From: Octopus sinensis
Lineage: Eukaryota
Assembly: GCF_006345805.1 (NCBI RefSeq)
Contig: NC_043003.1
Location: 101,618,001 to 101,682,000, forward strand
DNA: 64,000 nt
Direction of reading: 5' to 3'
Shown: one piece after another, positions 14,256 through 28,700 of the stretch
Numbering within the stretch: position 1 is the first letter of the stretch
How the letters are laid out: each line of letters begins with the position of its first letter
Made by a program: the position numbers and the translations under genes
Notes under the pieces: generated by a model
Databases searched by the model: none
Told to the model about the DNA's origin: nothing
What the model saw: only the letters and a program-made list of their open reading frames with translations

Positions 14256-17200
14256 ATATATACATACATACATACATTTATACATGTAAGATGGGCTTCT
14301 TTCAGTTTCCGTCTACCAAATCCACTCACAAGGCTTTGGTCAACCCTAAGCTATAGTAGGAGACACTTGCCAAAGGTGCCATGCAGTGGGATTGTACCTG
14401 GAACTATATGGTTGGGAAGCAAACTTCTTACCACACAGTCACACCTCTCCGAGTTCTTTTTCTCTTTTTCGTTTTCTGATTCTTATTGAATTGTAGCGGT
14501 AAATTTTTAAAGTTTTATATATATACACACATACACATGTGCGCGTGCATGCATACATGAAACAAAAATGAGCTAAGAGAAATAACTCAGTATGAACAGT
14601 GGCATCTAATTGAACAACAAAAAGGAATAAGAGTATATTAAATATTATATGAGATAAATTCTCAGTTGAAATTATATCCACTTCTGATGAAGATAGGTCA
14701 ATCACTTGGTGGTAATTAGTACCAACTCAAATTAAGAAGGGTAGATAAGCTCAAGAATTCTCCAAAATTGACATGCCATTAAGGAAAAAATAGTCTGATT
14801 GTCTGGAAACGAGAGGACAGTTATCTACCTGTTTCTGTTTCAATAGGCATCATCAGCACAGCAATTGCCCTACTTTATCTTCAGCAAATGAGATAATTAG
14901 ATACATACAAACAGAAGTAGGGCACATTTATGGCTGCAGTAATTTGCATAAATGAAGCAAAAATAAGTTAAGAGAAATAACTGTGCCTCTCTCTCCCCCT
15001 CTCTCTATATATGTGTGTATGTGTGTATATGCAGATGTAGTTTTTGGAAAACAATATTTAATATGTGCATGTGTTATATTTAAAGAATGTGTAAATGCAG
15101 ACAAAATGGCTGTATGAAAGAGAATTCAAAATTAATCCACTGGGCACACATATTTTAATTGCCTTTCATTTATTCTTTTCATCAAGAGTCACACTTTATT
15201 TAAATACAAGCATTTGCTCATCCCTATGCACAATATATTTTTTTCTTTTTTCAAAAACAAGATAATTTTCTGTTCATTGGGTTTCTGTATGTGGTCTGAT
15301 CAATAAATATCCAGACTGTTGCTATAGCAATGAAGTTAAAGCACGCAGAGTCAAGCTGCTTGGCACAGATTGACCTTGAACTCTGCTGTGCACGCACACT
15401 AAGTTTTAACATTCTAGCTCACTTCCACTCTTTACAGGGGTGCTCGAAAGGAAGGTGTGTAGCATGTGATCATCGCATTGACCATGACAGAGAAAGTTGA
15501 GCAGAGAATCTGCATCAAATTTTGCCAAAAGCTTGGCGATACCTGCTCAGAGGCCTACGCAAATATTTCAAAAAGTTTTCATTGTTCTTAACACAATCAA
15601 GGAATTCATGTGCAACTGAAACCTGAGTTTCTTCTTGGTCAGATGAAAGCAATTTTGGCACAAACTTGGCGGACATGGGTCTCATATTGAAATCTTCAGT
15701 GATAATGAACTGAACTGAACTGTAACTAATCTGCACATCCTCTGATAACTCACAGATGGTAATTTGATGATTTCCTCTCACAGTTGCATGCACACCTGCG
15801 ATGTTTTTCTCAGTTCTGCTGGTTGTGGGTCTCCCAGAACGTTCATCACTATTGACATTTTTTCAGCCATCTTGGAAACGTCTGAGCCACTCATACACTT
15901 GTGTGTGTCTCATATACTCTTCTCCATACATTTTCTGCAACCTTGTGTAGGCCTCTGAGTAGGTATTGTCTTGACAAATTTCTCTGTCATGGTCAATGTG
16001 ACTATCACACACCACACACCTTCCTTCTAAGCATTGCTGTAAACAGCGGAAGTGAGCTAGAATGTTAAAACTTAGTAACTTAGTGCGTATCCACAGCAGA
16101 GTTCAAGGTCAATCTTTTTCAAGCAGCTTCGTTACTGTGGCAACAATCTGGATACTTATTGATCAGACTTCGTATCTTGTTTCTTACAGCAACTGAACAA
16201 ACGACATTTACGTCGATCGAGGTCCTTGGTTTCATTACTTCTGTGGGGAAATGAAGAAGAAGAAGACTTGGGAAAAGCCAAGAACATTCGTCAAACAGAA
16301 CTGTTGGTTGACTTGAGAGATGCTATTTTACAGGTGGCTCGGCATTTTCAGTCAGTTGATCCGAAAAATAACAAAATTGTAAGTTACTTTGTTTAAATAT
16401 AATTTAAGAATTTGTTCAGCTGATGGGCTGGATGATTGGTGGGGTTGGGTTGGGTTGGGTGCGGGGGTCCAACATCTAGTGATCAGATGATAGGCAATTG
16501 ATGAAGTAACTAGGTAAATAGTAACTGCAGTAAAGGTAAGCTAAAGAAAAGCTGGAGTGAATTGGTTTAGGTAAACTGAATTGAAAAGAAAAGGAAACTT
16601 GTTAATGGAGTCAAGTAGATTATAGTGGATGCTGTTCAAAAAAAAAAAAACCTGATCAGGTAGCTGAAAGCAGCATTATAATGTACAATCATCATCATCA
16701 TCATCATTTAACATCCGTCTTCTATGTTGGCATTAGTTAGGTGGTTTGAGAAGGCGGTGAGCTGGCAGAAATGTTAGCACGCTGGGTGAAATGCATAGCT
16801 GTATTTCGTCTGCCATTATGTTCTGAGTTCAAATTCCGCCAAAGTTGACTTTGCCTTTCATCCTTTCGGGGTCGATAAATTAAGTACTAGTTACGCACTG
16901 GGGGTTGATGTAATCGACGTAATCCGTTTGTCTGTCTTTGTTTGTCCCCTCTGTGTTTAGCCCCTGGTGGGTAGTAAAGAAATAGGTTTGAGAAGATCCA
17001 AAAAAGCAGAGGACAATGCCGAGCTCCAATATCTGCTTTGGAATGGTTTCTATGGCTGGATGCCCTTCTGAAAGCCAACCACTTTGTTGAGTGTACTCGG
17101 TGCTTGTACTTTTTATATGGTACTGGCTCTAGTGAAGTCATTAAGTAACTAGCAACACAAAGAACTGTCAACTGAGTGGGGTTGCTGTGGAGCAGGCAGT

Positions 17201-17821
17201 GACTTTATACCAGGTGTTGAAAGACTAAAGTATGATGGAGGGGGACAAGCATAAGTGTTTGCTATAAAAGAGAGACATGGCTACCTAGTATTATCTAAGG
17301 ATGGGTTAGTATATATCTGAAGGAAGATGATGATGGTGTTGGTGATGAGATACCAGACTGCACTACATATGACAAATAGTAATCTAGATAGGCTTAGTGC
17401 CTATGACAGAAGTATGCAAGCAATAAAATAATTTAAGTAAAATTGTAATAATAAAAAAAAAATATGTTTTTAGCAACAAAAAAATAGAAGGAAAAACTAG
17501 TATTAACCCCTGCCACCATCAAACTCCAAAATATAAAATGACTGAATGAGAAAGCAACTAAGTACAAATGTACACAGATACACAATACACATGCACTTCG
17601 TACACACACATACAAATGCATGCTTATTTATATGTACATACATAAAGGCTCACGTAAATATGTATGTATATGTTGAGGTGTACATGTGTTATCTTTAGAA
17701 CTAAATTTTTAATGTCATATAGGACATTCCTTGTAATTCTGGTTTGTGCGATCAGCAAGGAATTTTGAACAACAGAGAATAATGTCAACACTGCAGTTAC
17801 ATGTGCATGCATGTATGTATG

Positions 17822-17883
<62 letters not shown>

Positions 17884-18440
17884 TATATATGTATGTATGT
17901 ATATATATGTATGTATGTAATATATGTATGTATGTATTGTATATGTATGTATGTATATATATGGTATTATATGTATGTATATATATGTATGTATGTATAT
18001 ATATGTATGTATGTATATATATGTATGTATGTATATATATGTATGTATGTATATGTATGCATGTATATATATGTATGTATGTATATATATGTATGTATGT
18101 ATATATATGTATGTATGTATATATATGTATGTATGTATATGTATGTATGTATATATATGTATGTATGTATATATATGTATGTATGTATATGTATGTATGT
18201 ATATGTATGTATGTATTGTATGTATGTATATATGTATGTATGTATATGTATGTATGTATATGTATGTATGTATATATATATGTATGTATGTATATGTATG
18301 TATGTATATATGTATGTATGTATATATGTATGTATGTATGTATATATATGTATGTATGTATATATATGTATGTATGTATATATATGTATGTATGTATATA
18401 TGTATGTATGTATATATATGTATGTATGTATGTATATAAT

Positions 18441-18474
<34 letters not shown>

Positions 18475-19056
18475 GTATATATATGTATGTATGTATATAT
18501 ATATGTATGTATGTATATATATATATGTATGTATGTATATATATATGTATGTATGTATATATATATATATGTATGTATGTATATATATGTATGTATGTAT
18601 ATATATATATATATATGTATGTATATATATATGTATGTGTATATATATAATGTATGTATATATATATATATATATATATATAATATCATAACGGGAAGCT
18701 TTATGAAAATAAACAAAGACGAAGGCAGGTGGAAACACAACGAACATTGTATTAGTATGGCGCTCAGGAAATATAAATAAAACAAGTCTTTAACGTTTCG
18801 AGCCTACGCTCTTCAACAGAAAGATACACAGAGAGAAAAACACAGAAAGAAGGAGAGAAAAAAATGCGTGCAGTAGCTAACGAATCAACATGGCGATCTG
18901 ATTTCGGCCAGAGGTCAAAGATCAAACATGAGACGCGAGAGCGAAATAAGGGGAGATAATAGGGTTGATAAAAGGGTTGAGGGACCAGCTAAAAGTGCGT
19001 GGGAGGGGTCTGGATGTGTGTATGTATAGGGTTGGTGTATGTATTAGTATGTATAA

Positions 19057-19093
<37 letters not shown>

Positions 19094-20706
19094 AGAGAGT
19101 ATTAGTGCGTAAGATTGGTCTGGACATGCGTATGTATGGGGTTGGTGTATGTATTAGTATGTATTAGTATGAATTAGTACGTATTGGTATGTATAGGTAT
19201 GTGTGTGTGTGAGAGAGTATAAGTGCGTATGCGGGGTCTGGACGTGTGTATGTATAGGGTTGGTGTAAGTATTAGTATGTACTAGTATGTATTAGTACGT
19301 ATTAGTATGTATTAGTTGGTGTGTGTATTAGTATGGCACATCATATGTGATGTGATTGTAAAGTCATGTGGTGTAGTGAGAAGAGGGGGAGGGGGAGAAT
19401 AGGGGGAGAGAAGGGAGGGGAAGAAGAGGGGGAGGAGAAGGGGGGAGAGGAGAGGAATGGGGAGAGGAAGGGGAGGAGGGGGATGAAGGAGGAAAGAGGG
19501 AGAGAGGGAGTGAGGAGCAGAGGGAAGGGGAAAGGGAGGGAAGAGGGAAGAAGGGAAGGGGAGTAGGGGTGAAAGGATGAAGGACTGAAGAAGTAGGGGT
19601 CGGGGGGAGAAAGGATAGGTGAGGAGGGGGGGAGGGGGGGTTAGATGAGGAGGGGGGGAGAGTTGAGACCAAATGGCGTATAAGAGCGAAGAGAGAAGAT
19701 TAATTCCTGTTCACGGCGCAAACGGGAATCCGGATGGCCTCTGTGTAAGGACAAACCGAACACAGATAGGTGTTGCAAGGAGTGACCGGTGGAGCGGAAA
19801 TGGCGTGAGACCGGTGTGTCGTTCGCAAGGTGGATGTCACGAAGGTGTTCCGCGAACCGGTCAGCCAAGCGGCGTCCCGTTTGTCCGATGTACAAGGAAT
19901 TGCAGAGAGAGCAAGAGATGCAATAGATAATATTGCTGGAGGTGCAATATATAAAACCATCCACCCCATGCCAGCATGGAAGGTGGACTTTAAACAATGA
20001 TGATGATGATATATATATATATATCAATCATCTTCATCATTGTTTAATGTTTGCTTTCCATGCTGGCATGGGTAAAATATATATATACATACATACACAA
20101 TACTTCAGATATACAACTATGATATTTAAGCTTCATGTAGAGAGGTACTATCTGCACCTCCTTAAATGCAGATTGGTACTTTCCAGTTTTGTTAGGAACA
20201 ATGAATATGGCTCATCAAGACTCTCATCTCTTGATAAATAGTGAGAAATTATGTAAATGTAAAATATAGAAAGAATAAACATGAGAAGAGGCCAATTCTC
20301 TTCATTGTCAGCTGAATTATGTCCTTTGGATCATAACTCAACTGACAAATATAAGAATTACGTTGCTTTTACCAATTCTATTGTCATTATATTTTGTACT
20401 CTCTCCAATTTTGCTATTAATAATTTATTTATTTATTTTTACAAGGAGCTATATTTATTGTACCTGACAAAATGAGAAGCTGCAGATCTGCCAGTACAGT
20501 ACTATGATGTGCTGATGGCTTACTTTCTAAGAAATTTAAATAGCATGTTTGTATATTTTAAGTACCACATAAAAATTATATCTAGCTCTGCTCCACCAAA
20601 GGTACTGAGTTCTCTCTACTTGAGGACTGCTCTCACAGTAACATGCCTATATATATAAGGGTGTGTATATGTGTGTTTGTGTATACATATGTTTGTATAT
20701 ATGTAT

Positions 20707-20749
<43 letters not shown>

Positions 20750-21365
20750 CATCATCATTTAACATCTGTTCTAAAACGATGAATATATATATATATATAT
20801 ATGTATATATCCATAAATACATTGTCTTCTGTGAAAACAAACAGCAACAAAACCAATAAACTAGTGCTTTCAAATGAAGTTCATTGTGGTATTAGTTCTG
20901 TCCAAGTTGCACAGGCAATCCCTTGTCCACTATCACCATCATAACTGCAGTGGATCAGTAATTGCTCCATTGAAAATCTGGAACTGCCACCAAAAATAGT
21001 AATTAAAAATCTTATGTGTTGAGAAGTTAATGATTTTGATCTTGAAGTAAATATGTAAATACATATGTGTGTTTATATATATTTATATTTGTGTATATAT
21101 GTTTAAATATCACTGCTCTGGGTATTATGTTCACCAGTTATATTTTTTTGAATTTCTACTGAATTTATCACACCAGATCAACACTGCTGATAATCAGAGT
21201 AGCTATTGGATGCGGAAATCTTTATCTAGCGATGATGATGAATCATACAGGATGAATCATGATGTAAGAAGTTGCTGTCAATGTGGTTTTTTGGCTTCTT
21301 TGCATGCGTGTGTGTAATGTGTGTTTGGATATATATGTTTGTATATAGACGTGTATGTGTGTGTG

Positions 21366-21436
<71 letters not shown>

Positions 21437-22096
21437 ATATGTATATGTATATGTATATATATATACATGTTTGTATTTCTGTAGCCGTAATATCTTTTGC
21501 CACTCTTTCATTCTTTCACCTCCCACCCTCACACAACTACTCATTCTGTTATGCTATTCTTCACGCTTCACACCATTTAAACTTATCAATGTCTCTTTTT
21601 CTGTTATTGTTTAGCTTGATGTTTTACATTGAAAGCTTTAACTTCATTTTCTGCTGTGAAAATTCACTTAAACCTTTCTTTCTTTTTCTTTTTTGTTTCC
21701 ATCTATGTTCAATCATTTCTTCTTTTTTCCCTAAGTTTTTGTTACATTTTTTTCTTAACCCTTTTGTTACCATATTTCTGTTGAAAAACACTTTCTTTAT
21801 TTCAATTAATTAAAAAAATTGTAAAGAATTTAGTAAAATAACTTTGACATTATGAAGAATTTTAACTTTGATCATTTTAAACATGAAGTTTGTACCATAG
21901 ATCCAAGGATGGTCTTTGTTGGTTTGGTATCAAAAGGGTTAAAGCACCTCTGTGTTTAGGGCATCAAATGTGGGATGTGCATTATAAGTGTTGTCTGCCT
22001 TCTGTGAAGCAACTGCTTGTTTTTAGTATTATTGTTGTTTTTGCTCCTATTGTTTGTTTTGGTGTTGTTAGTTTTGTTGCTCTTGTTATTGTCCAG

Positions 22097-22132
<36 letters not shown>

Positions 22133-22688
22133 TTGTTATTGTTATCTGTTTAATGTTTCTTTATGGTTGTTGCTAATCTCATCATTCTGCTTGATGTAGA
22201 TCACCTCACTGTTTGTGTTATTGTATTTTACCTTTGTACTCTGTTCCCAATATCTCAGGCCCTTTCTTTCTTTCAGTACATTTTTCACTGCACTATATGA
22301 TGCACATCTCTGTTTTTCTGCTATGCCTGTGTGTGTATGTTTGTAATATTGCTTTATTTCATTTATCTTTTGCTCGGGAAGTGAGAGTTGTGTTACTTCT
22401 AATTTTCTGTGTTTTGGGTTTTATATTTTTCAATAGTTGTTATGGATATGTTTTAGGCTTACTCTTTAATGTTGTGTGTTATTGGTATTTTTGCTTGCTA
22501 TAATATGCCTGAGTAGATCTCGTGGTCACCTCCTCAATGTGGCCAAGAGTTCTTATCTCGCTGCAATGGGGCTGGCTTCTGTTCTGTCTTATGCCAGAAA
22601 AGAAGAAATCAATACTTCGAATATATTTTTCTTATTTGTTTATAATGCAGTTATAATCATCAATACATGCCTCACTCATACATAAATA

Positions 22689-22722
<34 letters not shown>

Positions 22723-25700
22723 TTATTAATGGAATTAATTATTATTGTCGCACTGTAAGTTTATGACTAATTCACTTGTTTAGAAGGTTCTGTGCTGTAT
22801 TTTGTTGTTTAAATTGTTTTGCAAGCCAGCTGCTCTTTTGTGGGGCTGACGTTTGTTAACCAACGCCCCATTTTGGGGGTGATACAAACATTTTTGTTTT
22901 CAAATTTCTTCAAAAATTTGCTTTGAAGAAAGTAAACATTGAAGATGGTGATGAAAAGCGGGAGTGAGGAAGGAAGGTGGTATGGCAATTTGCATGAGGA
23001 CTTCCCTGTCCTCCCCACCATGGTTGACAGCAGGAAGCAAAGAAGGAAGAAGAAATGAAGAGTCAAAAAAAGAAAAAAGAAGATGAAAAGCAGGAAAAAG
23101 ACAAGAAGAAGGAAGGAAGGAGTAAAGTCTTCCTCACTACATGGAAATTGAAGCAGCACAAAGAACAATATTGAAAGTAACTGCTGCAAAGAGTCTAGCA
23201 AAAATGGAGTTAGTGGCAGGAAAGAGACTCTTGCAAATATCATGGCAGCTGAGGAATTAGTTAACATCTCATTGGAGAGCAAAATAGAAAAACTAAACAA
23301 GGCAGCAAAATATATGAAAATGAATGGAAGGAGGGTAGAATTGATGTCTCCAAGTGAGGTGCTTGAAGCAATAGCCAAATGGACAGTGGTCTACAGGAAA
23401 CTTGAAACTTGAAAATGCTAAACACAACCAGGTGGAGAAAGCCTTGAAAGATATATGGCAGGATATCCACCACATTACAAGAGTAAGGTAGTATGACAGA
23501 GTAGAGGTCCCTTTTAAGACCGAAGGGCAGACAATACAGAGCTAGGTGGCCATGTGTTGCACCAAGGAAATTGCCCTCTTCCCAATATACATGGGAAGAA
23601 GGGTGGTACAAATTACGGTACCAGATATCCCACTGGGCTTGGATTTATGGTGGATTCTCGCCTGTATTAGTATGGACGGGGAAGAGAATCTTTTGGATGT
23701 TAAATGATCAAAGAGGGAAAATTGCGTTGGACTACCTTGGAGGTTCTTCTCCATGTGAAGCCAGAGCAGTTAGAGAAAGTCCCAGACCTGATTTCCCTCT
23801 CAAATGGAGTAGAACTAAGGGTGAATGTGGAGGGCTGAAGGCTGGGGTGCCATGATTGTGGTTCATTGGGCCACTTACAGTTTTTCTGCCCACAGAACCA
23901 GAACAGAAGGGCAGAAAGAAATGTCCAAATGAAAGCACCACAACCCATGAGTCAACAAAAATAAGAAAATCAACAACAGAAAGCCAGAGGAATAGAAACA
24001 GAAATTGAACCCAAGGTGACAAAACAGGCAGGTATTACGGTAAAGGTGGCAGTGGGAGTAGCACCAGCAGCAGTGGTGGAAGCTACAGTAGCAGTAGCTA
24101 CAACAACAACAACTACAAGTGAACCAGAACAAACAACACCAGAAGAAAATATACAAGACACAGACTCCTCTGTACATCCAAGTGATGATGAGGGGGAAGT
24201 CTAAAAGGCACAAAAAAAAGTAATAAAACAAGAAAGCGAAACAGAAAAAAAAAGGAGAAATCCAATAAATGACAGACACACTGATGACAACACCACAAGC
24301 ACCACAAGCACCAATACCATCACAAACACCCACAACTGAATCAAAAACACAACAAACTTTAAAAGGAAAAATGTCACCACAACAGCAACAACCATCCACA
24401 CAGCAGTGGAATTTCATGCTAGTGAGGAGGGCTAATGAAAAGCTTACTCTCATAGTACAAAACGAGAACACTGAAAGAGAGGGGGTGATCTGCAGCCCCA
24501 ACATACAAGACTGGAAATGCACCAAGAGATTTTCTCGTGCCTTTCTTTAGGAAATTCAGTCTGACAATAGTGGCTACTTTCTTAACTGCAGACATATAAT
24601 TGAAGACAGTCAGACAACACCCTTTTCAGTTTGAGGAAAGGAGCTGACTCTGGACAGTCAGTAGTTTGTTCCACGCCACACAGCAAATAATTGTTGTGCC
24701 AGCTCCTAAAAGCTTACATGACTGGTGAGGACTTTGGCTCCAACAAAGTAATCTTATTTGTTATAAACTAAAAATCAACAAGTATAGTAACCTTTGTTAC
24801 TAACAAGGAGCTCTTTGGTGTTGGGCTGGATGACGTCAAATGATAATCAGGAAGCCAACATTAAAGCTATCTGGAGAATCTTTGGTTTTGACATCCACCA
24901 ATGCCACCCTGTCACTTAACAATGGACAACTTTGCAATTCATCTGGAGACTAAACAGAAAGGTCTCTTTACAGGAACTATAGTTCATTATTTGGTATAGT
25001 CACTGTCTGATACTGCACTAACTGTTTTTTCAAACTCCTACCAGCTGGACAAATTTGTTTGACCTACTGGTAGAGTTTGTCCCTTTTGTATGTAGGGATG
25101 TCAACCTGCTACACCTGGACTAGTCAGCAGATATGAAATCAAAGAAAACATGGTTGTTCAGTAGGAGGATACAAAGAAGTCAAGGCAAGCAATTCTATTG
25201 GTCATTAACCATTGCAAGGACAGAGATTGTTTTTATGTTCACAACATGTGGAATTGATGAACCTCATCTACTCTGGAATAAAAACAATATGGAGGAACGC
25301 TAACTTGATCAAGTCAGAAGACAGTATATGGAATGTTGCCTTAATGTCTTCAATCAAGCTCTTTGCTACCTATCCTGTTAACTTCAGAACTGTAAGATAC
25401 TAGAGGCAGATAAAGGAGTGGAAGTAGCACATGAAATCTTCACATGATAAACTACAATATTGATGACTTGTATCAGTTTGTTAATGAAAATGAACTTTGG
25501 TTGGTGGATGACCTGAACTATGTTGATCATAACATCATGACCACCATTGAAAATGACAAGAAAGATCTCTTCTTCATTGATGGGGACGTAAACAGACACA
25601 CATGCAACAGGCTTCTATACAGTTTCCATCTACCAAACTCACTCACAAGGCATTGGTTAGCCCAGGGTTATAGAAGAAGATACATTGTATGACTGAACCT

Positions 25701-25750
25701 GAAACAACATGGTTGCAAAATGAGCTTCTTAACCACACAGCCATGCCTGT

Positions 25751-25789
<39 letters not shown>

Positions 25790-28700
25790 ATGATGATGAT
25801 GGATTCTCTTGTCATGAATGACAAATGAGGGTTCAGTAAAAGAAAGTGGTAATCATGTTCTATGGACATGAATGTATCTCTTGAGGCCTGCTGGTGCCTT
25901 GCAAACATTTTGGCAAAGGGAAGAAGTTGTGGACTCAGTTTATTTGAGTGCTTTTGGATCATTCACTATGTATTTTCTCGAGTGGACAGCAAGGCCTGCT
26001 TTGCTTCATGCCACAAAGCCAAAATGGCAGGTAAGGTTTCCATTTAAAGGAATAGTGTTTTGCCAGCATGCCTTGATGCTTGCATGAAGTTGGCTTGTTC
26101 AACCAACAGTGCTTCAAAGCAAAAAGTAATATTTTGGTGCAGACAGTTCAAGATTTGCTCTTTGCAGATGATTGTGCACATGTAGCACATACTCTCGAGG
26201 ACAGCTTCTCATGTGCATGGAAGGCTTTTGGTCTGACCATTGGCATCAAGAAAACTGAGCTTGTCCGTCAGCCCATTCGCAACCATCTTCCCCACTATTG
26301 CCCACGGGGAAGAAATTATTATTATTGTTGTTGTTATTAATTATTATTATTATTATTATTGAGTGAGAGAGCAGTTCGTGCCATCAAAGTGACACCGGGG
26401 TAAAATATATGAAGCCCAATATACCCATCATGACTACCCGTCTGATAAGGGTACACCAGGCACATGCATCACAACCATATGTGCGAGACATGGTGATCTC
26501 ATATCAAGATAAACGGCCCAAAAGAGCTACGTAACCAAGGGGAAGCGTTTTGGAACCGTGGAGGTTCGCTTCCCAACAGAGGAGCTTGCAAGGGCGAACG
26601 CCATTTCGCCCTTGCAAACTGAGAATTTGTTACTAGTTTCGACCCACCTCGGGCGAAGAGTAACAAAAATAAAAATCGACCTCGCCCCCCTGAGCTAGAT
26701 ATGTCATGGCTGGTGGCAGCTGTCCTCTATGATATAGAGGACACTACCACCATTCTAGATGTCAGGAGAGTGAGGGCGAAAAACTGGTTGGGGATGGGAG
26801 TGCTGCTTCTTGCGCAAATTCAGCAAGAGAATATAAGTAAAGTCCCTGATTTCGTAAGTTTGCCGGACGGCACCAGGCTAAACGTTGCTGTGGAGGGGCG
26901 AAAGCCAAAATGTTTTCTCTGCAGCAGCGAAAGCCACTTAAAGAGGGACTGTCCCATTCACAAAAAGAGGATGGAGGCTTTCAGCAAGAGGCAGCAGCAA
27001 CAACAACAACAACAACAACAACACAAGCAACAGCAACAGAAACAACAAAAACAGAAAGAAACACCAAAGGCTGCCACACCACCAACACCATCACCAACAC
27101 CAGCACCAAGACGAACAACACCACCTCCAACAACAACAACCACCACCAAACCAACACCGACACCAGTACCTCGAAGGTCGACAGCAGCGACATCAACAGT
27201 AACAGGAGCAGCGGCACCACCGATACCGGCGGAACCAAAAACTTTTCGTCCTGCTACTGAAGCAGACCCCTCAACCATTCCTTGCCGGATGAAGAGATCT
27301 CGGATTGTGCGAGCTCTGATTCCAACAAAGGAGAATGGAACATAGTGCTCCAAAAAGAAAAGGAGGAAAAAACAAAAAGATTTACAGGGGAAACACGAAC
27401 AAATAGTACTTCCCAACATCAACAACAACACACACTCACAACAACAAACAACAACAACAACACTTTCGACACCACTACTGCCACTACCACAGACACAAAC
27501 AAACACAGACACAATTACAGACACGATTACAGCAGTGAATACAAGAAACCAGGAACTGGTTGAGTATTTGAAAAACAAAACAAGCACAAACATTACAGAT
27601 TTCATAATACCTACACAAACACACCACCAGCACACATTCTCACAATAAAAATAAACAAAACAGTTTACAACGAAATAAAACAAATATTCCCTAACGATGT
27701 GGGATCGTTAGGGAAAAGTTTCTCTCAGAAACTTTACAAAAATATTATTGAAGCACCCGTGCAAAAGCACAAGGGAGCCACCCCCACCACCAACAACAGT
27801 AAGTAGAGCCTTTTTTCTCCTTTTTTTTCCCCTAACTTTTGAAACATGGCAAATCTTAGAATCGGTTGCTTGAATGTGAGAGGCCTCGGGTCACCTTGGA
27901 AACAGGGTCACCTGTTAAACGACCTGAGGTTTCATGATGTGGATGTAGCAGCCATCAGTGAAACCAGGCTCTCCGACCCGCAGGAACTCGCAGCCCTTTT
28001 CGGCGGATACGAGATATTTCTATCTCCGTGTCGGCGGGAGCGGGCGGTGGTGGTACTGCGGTATTGTTTCGGAAGGGCCTGGACCTGAAAATAAGGACAG
28101 TCTTCTTGGATCCGGAAGGTAAGTTGGTGGTCCTCGACGTCGACGGTAGTGACGGCGGTGCTTTCAGACTGCTGGCTGCCTACGCTCCGACAGGAGCAGG
28201 GCAGTCGGATTATTTCAAACGTCTGGAAGTTTTCCTGGGAACGTCACGCACTCTAGTACTAGTTGGGGATTGGAACGCTGTCTTAGACGAACGTTTCGAT
28301 CGGGTGGGCAGGGGAGCGTCTGATAGGAGAGGGGGAGGGTGCAAGAGCCTCGCCAACCTACTCGGCCGCTTTCAGCTGTCCGACAGGTTTCGACTAGACA
28401 ACCCGAATGTGCCAATGTGGACTTGGACAAACCGCATCGGGTCGTCTAGATCGTACTTAGATAGAGTGTTTTGTAGGCCAGCGGATAAGGACAGCGTAGG
28501 GTGTCCACAATTCCACCTAGTCGAATATACGGACCACAAATTAGTGATCTGTACGGTCGACTTAGATAGGCTACATAGACAGGGACCCGGCTACTGGAAG
28601 CTGAACGCGTCGTTAACGGCGTGCAAAGCTTACAGAGACCGGATTAGTTTACTAGTTAAGCGGGCGCTCACGGGGGCAATCATCAACAACAACTGGTGGT

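Noticed and set aside
17811-18785. Five long ORFs (171-295 aa) rich in Y/I/M/C/V/H
   Set aside because: Translations of a TA/TATG microsatellite; no coding signal.
26440-26460. U2 snRNA-like match (cttatcag) in the LINE 5' UTR
   Set aside because: Only about 8 nt match; insufficient.
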